Assembly (NCBI RefSeq): GCF_036365525.1
Contig: NC_090404.1
Span: 3,968,001-4,032,000 of the forward strand
Origin: Heterodontus francisci
Taxonomy: Eukaryota
DNA: 64,000 nt
Direction of reading: 5' to 3'
Below, in pieces: positions 1 through 11,300 of the stretch; the stretch's first letter is position 1, and the number at the start of each line of letters is the position of its first letter. The notes beneath the pieces are model-generated. The model was not told the DNA's origin. It saw nothing but the letters and a program-made list of their open reading frames with translations, and made no database searches. A program made the position numbers and the translations under genes.

Positions 1-1187
1 ACATCCAGGCTTGGGCTGATAAGTGGCAAGTAACATTTGCGCCACACAAGTGCCAGGCAATGACTATCTCAAAGAATAGAGAATCGAACCATCTCCTTTT
101 GACGTCCAATGGCATTACCATCACTGAATCCCCCACTACCAACAACCTAAACGTCGCCATTGGCCAGAAATTGAACTGGAACAGCCACATAAGTGCGATG
201 ATTACAAGGGCAGGTCAGAGGATGGAAATTACGCGGTGAGTACCTCACCTTGTGTTAACCCAATGCCTGTCCACCATCTAAGTCAGGAATATGATGCAAT
301 ACTTCCCACTTGCCTGGATGGGTGCAGCTCCAATAACACTCAAGAAGCTCAACACCATTCAGGACAAAGCAGCCCACTTTATTTTATTCATTCATGGGAT
401 GTGGGCGTCGCAGGCCAGGCCAGCATTTATTGCCCCATCCCTAATTACCCTTGAGCTGTGAGCCATTTCGAGGGCATATAAGAGTCAACCACATTGCTGT
501 GGATCTGGACTAACATGTAGGCCATACCAGGTAAGGACAGCAGATTTCCTTCCCTGAAGGACATTAGTGAACCAGATGGGTTTTTACAACAATCGACAAT
601 GGTTTCATGGCCATCATTAGACTAGCTTTTTAAATTCCAGATTTATTAATTGAATTCAAATTCCACTTTCTGCTGTGGTGGGATTCGAATCCATGTCCCC
701 AGAGCACTACCCTGGGTCTCTGGGTTACTAGTCCAGTGACATTACCAGTACACCACCGCCTCCCCTTGATCGGCATTCCATCCACCACATTCAACATTCA
801 CTCCCTTTGATACCGATGCATAGTGTGTACCGGAGACTAGATGCACTACAGCAACTCACCAAGCCTCCTTCAACAGCACTTTCTACACCCGCCACCACTA
901 CCACCTAGAAGTACAAGGGCAGTAGATGCACCGGAACACCACTACCTGTAAGTTTCCATCCAAAGCACACATCATCCTGACGTGGAACTATATCATCGTT
1001 CCTCACTGTCGCTGGGTATAAATCCTGGAACTCCCTTCCTAACATCACTGTGGGTGCACCTACACCTCAAGGACTGCAGCGGTTGGAAAAGGCAGCTCAC
1101 CATCACCTTCTCAAGGGAAAATAAGGATCGGAAATAAATGCTGGACTAGCCTGCGACGCCTACATCCCACGAACAAATAAAAAAAAA
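1..1187 (+). mobile_element. CR1/L2-clade LINE 3' fragment interrupted by a SINE
   Basis: IQAWADKWQV RT C-terminus and A-rich tail; homologous to 25465-26550 (-). Confidence 0.75.
378..765 (-). mobile_element. tRNA-derived SINE nested in the LINE, sharing its 3' tail
   Basis: tRNA-like head with B-box (GGATTCGAATCCC); tail ATAAATGCTGG...GCGACGCCCACATCCC matches the LINE tail at ~1135-1185. Confidence 0.7.
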
Positions 1188-1514
1188 TTGTAGTGAGTGT
1201 ACTTTTTAGACATGTCAACAGCTGGTGTATTTTTTCCTGAGATTTCGTCTCACTCCTTTCCTTATTATCTAGCTAGGAGGCTGTGCAGATTTCAGGCAAT
1301 ACCATTGCATGCTGTTGATATCCGAGCTGTATATTCATAATCTAATGGCAAGAATCCACTTCTGACACAGGTGCTGTCACCGGAAATGGGGTTAGTATAT
1401 CAACACATAGTCCACCTGAACAAAAGAACAGGAGGTTAGACAGGCTCAATCTAAACTTGCCTCTAATAAGTCCGTGTAACTTCTCATCTACCCTGCAGAT
1501 CATCATATGAATGT

Positions 1515-2310
1515 TTGCATAAGAACATACGATTGAGGAGCAGAAGTAGGCCACCAGGCCCCTCGAACCTGTTCCACCATTCAACAAGGTCATGGCTGAT
1601 CTGTTTGTAACCTTAACTCCACATTCCCGCCTCGGTTGTCCAGTATCAATCTACCTCTGTCTCAAAAATACTCAAAGACTCTGCTCTACTGCCTTCTGAG
1701 GAAGATAATTCCAAAGACTCACAACCCTCTGAAAGAAAAAAAGGTCTCCTCATCTCTGTCTTAAATGGGCAACCCCTTGTTTTTAAACAGTGACCCCTAG
1801 TTACAGATTCTTCCACAAGAGGAAAGATCCTTTCCACATCCACCCTGTCAAGCACCCGTAGGATCTTCTATGTTTCAATCAAGTAGCCTCATACTTTTCT
1901 AACCGCCAGCGGATGCAAACCTAGCCTATCCAATCTTTCCTCATAAGACAAACAGCTCATTCCAGGCAATAGTCTAGTTCACCTTCTCTGAACCTTCTTC
2001 ATTTACACCCTCCCTGAAATAAGGAAACCAATACTACACACAGTACTCCAGATGTGGTCTCACCAATGACCTGCATAACGGTAGCATAACCTCCCTACTT
2101 TTGTATTCAATTCCCCTCGCAATAAATGGAAACATTCTATTAGCTTTCCTAATTACTTGATGCACTTGCATACTACATTTTTGTAATTCATGCACGCGGA
2201 CTCCCTGATCCTTCTGCATCTCAGAGTTCTGCAATCTCTCCCCATTTAGATAATATGCTCCTTTTTAACTCTTCCCGCCAAAATGGACAATTTCACATTT
2301 TTCCACACAA
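1515..2310 (-). mobile_element. CR1 LINE 3' fragment
   Basis: LVRPHLEYCV and TRGHCLK motifs. Confidence 0.8.
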
Positions 2311-3600
2311 TCACTCCGTTCCCTATTAGCTTTGGCGCTGGCATCTCGTGACTTTTTAATTGTCATGCTTGGGCTTAGCAACCTCTACTAGTGGAGCCTA
2401 TTTACTCCGGTTTCGAATGGGGCCATTGAGGTGATTGAGAGTTTATAGATTTCTATATCAAATCACGAATGCCAGTTGCTGTTTTCCAAAAACCTAAATT
2501 GGAGAGGATCAGACCAAGTCATTACTTTTGATGATGTTTAAGCAAGAAAGTTGTGGTAAACTTTCAGGTCAAATTCTGGACGCCATTATTTTTTAAGGTC
2601 GTGTGGAAGGTGGAGACGAGATTTATCGGGTGGTACCACAGGCTTTAGTTATGTGGAGAGACTAGATTGTTTTCGAGGAAGGTTAGGGGAGACTTAATGG
2701 AAACGTTCAATACTCAACCCTGCAAGTAACTGCTTACCCTGATATAAAGCTCGATCACCTAAGGACTAAGATTTAAGAGAATTGGCAAGAAAGACAGTGG
2801 AAGAGGAAATGTATTGTTTGTACAGCAATTTGTTATGATCTGTATTATGCTGTCTGAAAGTCTGGCGGTAGCAGATTCAGTAGTAATTTTCAAAAGATAA
2901 TTGTCTATGTACTCGAAAAGAACTACAATGCAAAAAAAAGCTCTATAAAGGGCGAGGAGAATAGCAGGAATAGCAAACTCTTTTAAAGAGCCAGCGCCTG
3001 CACAATCGACTAAGTAGCATCAATTTGTAGTACTAGATGATTGTATGATTCTAGTGCCTTCATTTACCTCGCAAATTATTTTCACCCAGTCACTTAAACA
3101 GTTAATAGGAGCATTTTGTCCAAAGAATTCTCGAGAGCCAACCATCTCCCTCCACCCCATCTATGCAGTTGTGCCAGGCCGTGCACTTTCTGCGGTTGCA
3201 CAGAACCTTCAATTCGCTCAGTTTGGAATTTTCGGCAGCATCGCCCACAACTCCCATTTACTGCTCTGCCTCGCCTCCGCAGTGTTACTGAAGTGATTGC
3301 TGCCACCGCTCTATTCTTGACAGTAGTTGGATCAGCAGTGCTCCGACAGAGGGTTTTCTGCACTGCAGAGTTACCGACTTATCAAGAAGGACCGTCTCCC
3401 TCCACTCCTCATCATTCTATCACTTCTCAGCAATATTTCCTTCCCAGTAAAAATTAATTCCCGTCCCCCCACCCTCCACCGATGGATGTAGCTGATCTGG
3501 TATTATTGGTGAAATAATATTTATGGCGGTGATGACGGTTATGTTTTTCGATGTGATAATGATGATGTTGATTGTGATTATTACTATTATTTTATATTAG

Positions 3601-3899
3601 AATGGAACCAGCAAGGCACAGTGGAACAGCCTGTTGACGAAAAGCTGGTTGAAGAGGAAAGCAGTGTCACACTAACCTGTACTTTGAAAACAATCTCTTC
3701 TACCCCTTCTGTGTTCTGGTACAGTCAGCACCCTGCTCAGACTCCACATAACATGCTTTATATCCATGCAGGGATAGTAAACCAGAACCCCAACTTCACT
3801 GACCGATTCTTTTCTCTGTTTACTAAAGCTACCAAGACCACCGAGTTAACGATCAGTCGTACCCTGATCCCCGACATAGCCGTGGATTTCTGTGCTGTA
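3601..3899 (+). pseudogene. TRAV/DV: TCR alpha/delta-type V pseudogene (RSS lost, YYC>DFC)
   Basis: VEQP...VTLTC...VFWYSQHP...DRF...LTIS...AVDFCAV, then immediately a repeat; decayed leader at ~3386-3447. Confidence 0.8.
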
Positions 3900-4153
3900 A
3901 TAAAAGCAAAATACTGCGGATGCTGGAAATCTGAAATAAAAACAAGAAATGCTGGAACCACTCAGCAGGTCTGGTAGCATCTGTGAAACGAGAAGCCGAG
4001 TTAACGTTTCGGGTCAGTGAATTAAGGTGGATCCCGATGGGTTCATTCCTTTAGGGTCAATCTACTTAAATGCTTCTGTTCAAGGAACCGACCGATTCAA
4101 AATAATATATGATAACGATGTGAAACACAGTGTTGTGTAAATTGTGAACTTAC

Positions 4154-4420
4154 CAGTTAATACAGCTGCAGCTTTGAGGAATAAATAAAAAGTAACACCC
4201 AACATGTTTGCAGAGAGCTAATGGCGGAATTAAAGGAAACGGGTTGAAGCTGAAATTGATTCCGTCAATACATGGGAAGATGTTAAGTCATATCCGGACA
4301 GTCTGTCGATTGGTTCCATCCTCACAGAGTCACGTGACAGCTAATCAGCTCACAGTCCCTTTGTTTTCTAATTCATCCAATCATCTCGCAGTTCAATTGT
4401 TTTGCAATTCATGACGTCAG
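4154..4420 (-). pseudogene. Orphan TCR V promoter and leader exon (MLGVTFYLFLKAAAVLT, 4154-4205) with no V exon
   Basis: CRE TGACGTCA 4412-4419, CCAAT boxes, G|gtaag donor; homologous to 18272-18590 on the + strand. Confidence 0.8.
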
Positions 4421-5291
4421 AACGTGTTGGAGCAAACGGAGTGAAATTGCTCTGCTTACAAGAGGGAACATGATGGAGATTAAACGCAAGGTTGGCCCTT
4501 AAACAGACATTTCGTGAGGTTACGACATTAAAGGGATATAATCAATGTTATTTTTCATTCTGTGTCGTTAAAAGTGCTGCTCATTGACCATTAGCACCAT
4601 CTACAGCAGATCTCAATGGGGATGAAGAGGCCCAGCGGACCTTGAACTATGCCATGAATTAAACAAACGTCCATTTATATGAATATAATGGGGAGTGACT
4701 AGCAGGTTTGAGGAGAACGCGGGTGCCATAAGCGGATGGGCTGGAATATTCTTAGGTGAGAAATATTAAAAATATTTACAAGATGCCGACATTAATAATA
4801 GTTTAATATTTAAAATATTGCAAAATTCTATTTGAAACTGATGCCACTATTTCTGAATCTGTTTCTTTTTCCCGTTTCTTCGATAATGCTGCTTCACGAT
4901 GTTCTCAGCCCGTAGCTCGCCAACATTGAAATCGTGAATGCAGCCTCCCACTACCCTCTTGTGGCGACTAAATATAACTACAAAAGGGCTCGTGTCCACT
5001 TATCTCATAATTCAGCTCCAAGGTTCACCCGAGCAAACCCGTGACTAGCCAAGAAACACACTGAGTTTCCTCTCGCAGACAGAATTTGTTTGCATGGGAT
5101 GAATAATTCCAAACAAAAGAGACAGGAAGTAAAGAGAGGGAGACTGTCCACTTACTTATGTGCCTGACTATTTAATGATCAGTTCATATATTTACTGGGA
5201 CATCTTCCCATCTTTATAATCGTTGTCTGCTCTATTTTCACAAGCCATGTCCCAGATTTGATTCAGTGAGAGGAGGTGAGAGTGCCTTGCC

Positions 5292-5769
5292 GGTTTTTGT
5301 ACGGGCGGACTGTGCCTCTGTAACAGTGTGAGGCTCAGCGCACAGTGATACACGGCAGAGTCAGAGACAAGAGCCCCGGCAACTTTTAGAGGAGCCGTTT
5401 TCTTGTCTTGGTCCAAATCAGCAGAAAACCTGTCAGGGAAATCTGGAGAATTATCTCCCGACACGGAGCTATATCTTTTCAGTAAATATCTCGGAGCTTC
5501 CCTGGGATATTGGACGTATCAGAAGAGAGTTGAGCCACCGTATGCTGTTGAATAATTGCAATTTAGTATTATGGTCTGTCCTTCCTGAACCATCAATTCA
5601 GGCGGATCCTGGGACACCGAATCTCTGCCAATCGTTCCTGAAACATAAATACAGAGCTTGTAGAATATCTTGGAGTAGATATAACGTATGTAACATACAC
5701 TGATTAATGAAACATAGACTCACCTTGTAAAACGACCATTAGAATCAGTAAGGAACATGGGGAACACAT
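5292..5769 (-). pseudogene. TRAV/DV: TCR alpha/delta V pseudogene: leader 5724-5769, V exon 5331-5637, 23-RSS 5292-5330
   Basis: Open except that the invariant Trp codon is TGA (5519-5521); RSS CACACTG-23-ACAAAAACC. Confidence 0.92.
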
Positions 5770-7149
5770 GGTGTCTGGATTAGACTTCGACAGAAAATAA
5801 CAAAATATTTTCAAAATCTTAACCTTTCTGGTCTGATATTAAAGGAAAAACTTAGATCAGAGCCAGGCTTCACTTAATAGCCGACTGAGGGGCGTTTCCA
5901 AAGGACGGGATTGGCAGGTCTCTCAGTATGACTCTGCACCAATCATTGTTACTTGTGCAGCGATTTCCGCTGCAAACTCTTTCCTTCACTGTCTGTGTCT
6001 TGTGTGTCTCTTTCCCTGTCTCACTCTCTTGCTCTGTGTGTCTCTGTCAGTATCTTTGTCTCTTCTCGCTTTGCCTCCTTTTCCCTCGAACTCAATGTCT
6101 CTATTCATAAATAGGTTGATCGATCTCTTATAAAGTTGAAGTGTGAGAACATTGAAAATTAGTCTCAGCCTGGCATTAATGAATTCTGAAAGACAAAGTA
6201 TCTGAAAGATTGCGATAGTGAGGTACAGCCCGTGAAAAGGACAATGTGCAAAGACTAGATTACAGCACGCAGACTCAGTACCGATAATGGGATAATTTAC
6301 ATGATTTAATGGGTTAACGTGTTTAGTATTAATTAAAAATAACCCGAACACATTGACATGTTATCAAGATAGCAAGATGGGACTAAGCCTGTAAGATATA
6401 GAACAAATAAAAGCTAAAAGAAAAAATGAAAATACGAGCTTGAGTCAATGCGGAATAAAAGACAAACTCTGCTCCCAATGGGAACGGGTAAGATCACTTC
6501 TGCAGTATCCATTGCCTTAGCTGGTAAGATTTATAATAATCTGACTTGTTAACTGTGCTTTTCCCTGTACTAAATGCAACTATTTAATTATCACAACCGA
6601 TTTGGTGTAATCTCCTTCTGAAAGTCTTTCAAAACGTATTTCTAAATAATAGTTCTCAGAATTGAAGGAAAAAATGCTGGGAGAACTACTGATGGATTCC
6701 ACCAGAGGACAGCAAACACTCATTAATCAGCCTGCAGCATCTGTTTGGAAAAGCTGATCTCTGCCAGTATTATACAGGGTACACACAGAACTGCTGAGCC
6801 CATTAACTGCTGAGCTAAGGTTCCTGGAGATAGCTTCACCCACTGGCAGATCCGGGTCTTGTTCATCAGCAACTCGTTGGTTTCAAATCTAATTGTGCAC
6901 CTCGAACTCATTCGGATTAAATTGATGAGTTCATCTGTCCTCAGTGAAGCGGATTCCCCAGACTGTCTCTGTCTCACTCGATGGCCCCCAGGTAAGAAAA
7001 TACAGATTCTGGGCACTACTCCAAATTCTAACACCCATTCTGTCAATTTAGTCACAATCCAGTTTCCGATGATCTGTTAAGTAGTGTGAAATTTATTTGC
7101 ACCATAAGAGGTATCTTTTTCCCGTTGCATTTCACCCTTGGGTAGGTCT

Positions 7150-8110
7150 CAGTTATGAATACATTAGACACCATCTCTGTTTATTTTACAGTAGGCCGTG
7201 TGTCAGTTATTACTGAACTAGACCATGCTTCTGTTTATGCTATACTGGACCCTGTATTAGTTAAACTTCTTTATAATTTTCCCTCTTTATATTACAATAG
7301 CCCCTGCCTCACTAATTACTGTACTAGGCCAAGCCTCTGCTTAAATTGCACTAGACTATGTCTCTGTTTATGCTGCAAAATATCCTGTCTCTCTTGACAT
7401 TATATTTGACCCTGTTTCATTTATTACTGCATTCGACCATCTGTTTGTGCATGTTAGACTGGGCCCTATCTCACTTATTACTGCACTAGACCATGTCTCT
7501 ATTAATATTGCACTAGTCCCTGTCTCTGTTATTACTGAACTAGAACATATCTTGTTTATATTACACTAGGCCCTGTGTTAGTTATTACTACAATAGACCA
7601 TATCTCTATTTATATTAAAATAGACCCTGTTTCAGTTATTACTGCACTAGGCCATGTCGCTGTTTATATTACACTAGGCCTTGTTTCACTTATTACTGCC
7701 CTAGACCATGTCTCTATTTATATTACACTAGTCCCTGTCTCAGTTATTACTAAACTAGACCATATCTTGTTTATATTACACTCGGTTCTGTCTCAGTTAT
7801 TCCTGCACTAGACCATTTCTCTATTTATATTGCACGAGGCCCTGTGTCAGTTATTACTGCAACAGACCATATCTCTATTTATATTACAATAGACCCTGTT
7901 TCAGTTATTGCTGCGCATGGCCATGCCTCTGTCTTTATTACGCTAGGCCTTGTCTCAGTTAATACCGCACTAGACCATGTCCCTGTTTATATTACACTAG
8001 GACCTGTCTCTTACTACTGTACTGGAACATGTCTCTATTTATATTGCACTGGACCATTTCTTTTTATAACCGATTAAGTCTTCTCTCAGCTGTTACTTCA
8101 CCAGACTATG
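7150..8110. repeat. Degenerate ~27/54-bp minisatellite
   Basis: Repeated (ttattactgcactagaccatgtctctg / tttatattacactaggccctgtctcag); also at ~12970-13600. Confidence 0.85.
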
Positions 8111-8906
8111 TGTCCCTTTATAAACCACGGTCCTACAACACATTTTCAATACCTGTGTAGTGAGACAGTGAGTTCCAATATACAGAGACATTTGTCAACT
8201 TGACTACAGGTCAATGATTCTGAAATCCCCTAATATAGCAGAGGCTTGTCACCCAAACCCCCCACTGCCTAGTGAAGAGGCCCTCACCTACCAATTAACA
8301 GCTTTCTGTGTCACAGACCCTGCTAGGTGTGGAAGAGACTAAGGGGAGATGTCAGTATCCAGGGTGATGGTGATGGGGGTGATGGGGTAGGGTTGGCCTC
8401 TGACTTGATACATCGAAACAACCCGCATTCACCTGCACAGGGATGCTGATGAGATCTTCTTTTCACTCAATCACTTGCAATGTCCTATTTCACATGTATA
8501 ATTTTTATTTTACCTGCGCATTGTTTTTTCTGTTACCTGCCTGTTTTCTCAAGCTCTCCATTTCAAATGATTTTCCCCATCTGTTTATGACGATGGGAGT
8601 ATCTGTTGTTTGTGAAGGGTGTTGGGATGATAGAGAAATGAGGAAAAGGAAAACGCCGAAAGATCGGGATAAATAGAGGTTAAACCTCTAGACAGGGAGC
8701 AGAAAAAATAAACAAAGGGTTAAATTGTGAATTCGTACAATGAAAGGAAGACCTGAGTAATGTACCAAGGAAAACCATTCGACCAAAATGGTTTGCATAG
8801 TTTTGGTTATACTAACAGTTCACAATTCAAGTCCCATTTTAGATTGAGTGAGTGAGAATGCCTTGCCGGTTTTTGTACAGACTGTCTGCGCCACTCTAAC
8901 AGTGTG

Positions 8907-9213
8907 GGGATCATCCCACAGTGATACATGGCAGAGTCAGAGATAAGAGCCCCGGCGACTTTTAAAGGAACCGTTTGCTTGGCTTTGTCCAAATCAGCAG
9001 AAAACCGGTCTGGAAAATCGTGAGATTTATCCCCTTGTCCTGTGCCGTACCTCCTCAGTAAGTACCTCGGAGCTTCCCTGGGATACTGGATGTACCAGAA
9101 GAGAGTTGAGCCAGCGTATTTAGCTGTGTAACTACAGTTCAGTATTACGGTCTGTCCTTCCTGAACTGTCAATTCAGGCGGATCCTGGGAAACTGAATCT
9201 TTACCACTCGATC
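8907..9213 (-). CDS. TRAV/DV: TCR alpha/delta V exon, intact, with 23-RSS at 8868-8906
   Basis: DSVSQDPPELTVQEGQTVILNCSY...LFWYIQYPREAPRYLL...DSAMYHCGMI; RSS CACACTG-23-ACAAAAACC. Confidence 0.92.
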
Positions 9214-9294
9214 CTGTAACAACGTACAGACTGTCAACAATCTGAAAGTAAATATCACCTATGGAACAAATAATGACCATTTAAACACACTCAC

Positions 9295-9340
9295 CAGGCA
9301 GAAGGACCACTATTATCAGTAAGCAACATAGGGAAAACAT
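9295..9340 (-). CDS. TRAV/DV: Leader exon of intact TCR V (MFSLCCLLIIVVLLP)
   Basis: ATG, hydrophobic core, G|gtgag donor. Confidence 0.9.
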
Positions 9341-9499
9341 GGTATCTAGTTTAGCAGTCGACAGTGAACAGCACACATTTAAAATATGTATTCGCTTCTA
9401 GTCGTCTACGGAAGAGTAAACTCAGATCAGAGACAGGCTTCACTTCTTGGGAAACTGAGGGGCGTTTCTCAGTTCTGCAATTTTCTGCTCTCTCAGATC

Positions 9500-9507
9500 T
9501 GACGTCA
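9500..9507. promoter_or_regulatory. CRE (TGACGTCA) in TCR V promoter
   Basis: Perfect palindrome 160 bp upstream of the leader ATG; CREs are known TCR V promoter elements. Confidence 0.7.
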
Positions 9508-10341
9508 GCTGTGAACCAATCACTGTTAGCTGACGACCAAATACAGCTGTCTCTCTCCAATTGCTTTCCCTCCCTGCCTGTATTTCTGTGTCTTTCTTAC
9601 TTCCTTGATCTGTGTCTCATTATCAGTCATTCTGTCTCTTTCTCGCTTTGTTTAGCTTTCGCGAAAACTCATTTTCTCTATCTTTAGGTAGATTGATCTT
9701 CCTGTCAAATTAAGGTGAAAAGTGAAATTATTCGACATTAGGCTTATGCTGATTGAGGTATAAATGAACACCTTTCAGTCCATGAGCATAATTAATAGTT
9801 ACTGTGTTAAGTTCAGAAAGGACATGATAAATAGTCACCTATCTCCGAAGCCGGATGCGTTAACACAAATCATCTGCCGGTAAGGTGTTGGTTTTAGTCA
9901 GTCAGTATTTCTAAACGCAGAAACTTTGAAATGTGACGACCCTGAGGCCGCCTTTGAGATTGGATCAATTTTGAAAGATTTCACCTGACAGATACGCACC
10001 AGACCAGAACTTTTGCGAGTACAAATTGGTCCTCTTATTCATCCCGGAGATGTACAGGTCTGTGCTAACAGGGATCGAGAAATAAGCAACGATTCCACTA
10101 ACTTAACCAAATGATGAAATTTCCCATTGAAATTAGGATGTCGCGAATACAGAGAGACCAGACGAAATCTTCCCCTTTGTGTTCCCAGCGAAAGGTTAAT
10201 GAAACCCAACCCTGAATAACCCGCCTCGCCCCCCGTCAGTCAGCTCAGTGTGATTAGTGGCAATGAGTGAAATAAACTGATAACCATTATCTACAGTCAA
10301 CACCTGTCTTTGCTTCTTTGAGACGACTACGCACAAACCAA

Positions 10342-10462
10342 TTAAAAATCAAACTCTTGCACAGATCGGTTAGAGATAAAACTGTCTCTCAGATCAATTA
10401 GAGATCAAGCTGTCTCTCAGGTCAATTAGAGATCAAACTGTCTCTCAGGTTAACAAGAGATC
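10342..10462 (+). repeat. 28-bp tandem repeat, ~4 copies
   Basis: ttagagatcaaactgtctctcaggtcaa units. Confidence 0.8.
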
Positions 10463-11010
10463 CAGATGACTATTTCTTATCAGTCTTTGCCTCTGGTGAG
10501 CAGAATTTGATGTTAATTTTTCAGTTCTCTTAAAAAAAACATGTGGTTAAGGATGTGACATCAGACTAGTCAGAGCGAATCCTCTCAGCTTTTTCTATCT
10601 GATGTCCTGCAGGAAGTGACATAGGACTAGCACCAGGTCTTTCCTGTATGATGTTCTGTAGGTTCCTGAGAAACATCTTTACCCAGAGAATGGTGAGAAT
10701 GTGGAACTCGCTACCACAAGGGGAGACTGAGGTGAATCATATAGATGCATTTCAGGGGACGCTGGATAAACTGATGAGGGATAAATGGAAGGAAAGATTT
10801 TCTGATAGAGGGAGTTGACGAGGAGTGGAGGATGCGAACCTCCATGTGGGGAATGTGAACCCGAGCACGGATCAGCTGGGAAGAATTATATTTTCTGTGC
10901 TCCAAATTCTACTTAATTTTATGAAACACTGACGGCGAAATTTCACCGTCAGTTCGGGTCAGTTGAAGTTTTAATCGGTAATTTCCGCTGTCTTTAACCG
11001 TGTGTTCCAG

Positions 11011-11300
11011 ATCTGAGCGATGGAGATTCTGTTACTGAGTGGAAATCTCGCTCACACAGACAGAGGGAGAAGATGTCACTTTAACCTGCACCTATCCCAG
11101 CGATGGTTATTACTTATTCTGGTACCGCCAATACCCAGGCAGACAGTTTGCAGTCCGGAGGTACACAAGCGGCGGCGATGAATGTATGGCGGTTTTCTGA
11201 TACAGTCCAGCAGTCAGACAAGTTGCATCGATTGACCATCTCGAAGCTGCGGCTGTCTGACACCGCGGTCTATTGCTGTGCACTGAGTGCTGTGCTACAG
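11011..11300 (+). pseudogene. TRAV/DV: TCR alpha/delta V pseudogene (two frameshifts, no usable RSS)
   Basis: GDSVTE / EGEDVTLTCTY...YLFWYRQYPG / RFSD...LTISKLRLSDTAVYCCAL in three frames. Confidence 0.85.

Noticed and set aside
7150-8110. CRISPR-like or switch-region-like periodicity
   Set aside because: Degenerate tandem units without unique spacers, vertebrate DNA, and not in the J-C intron.
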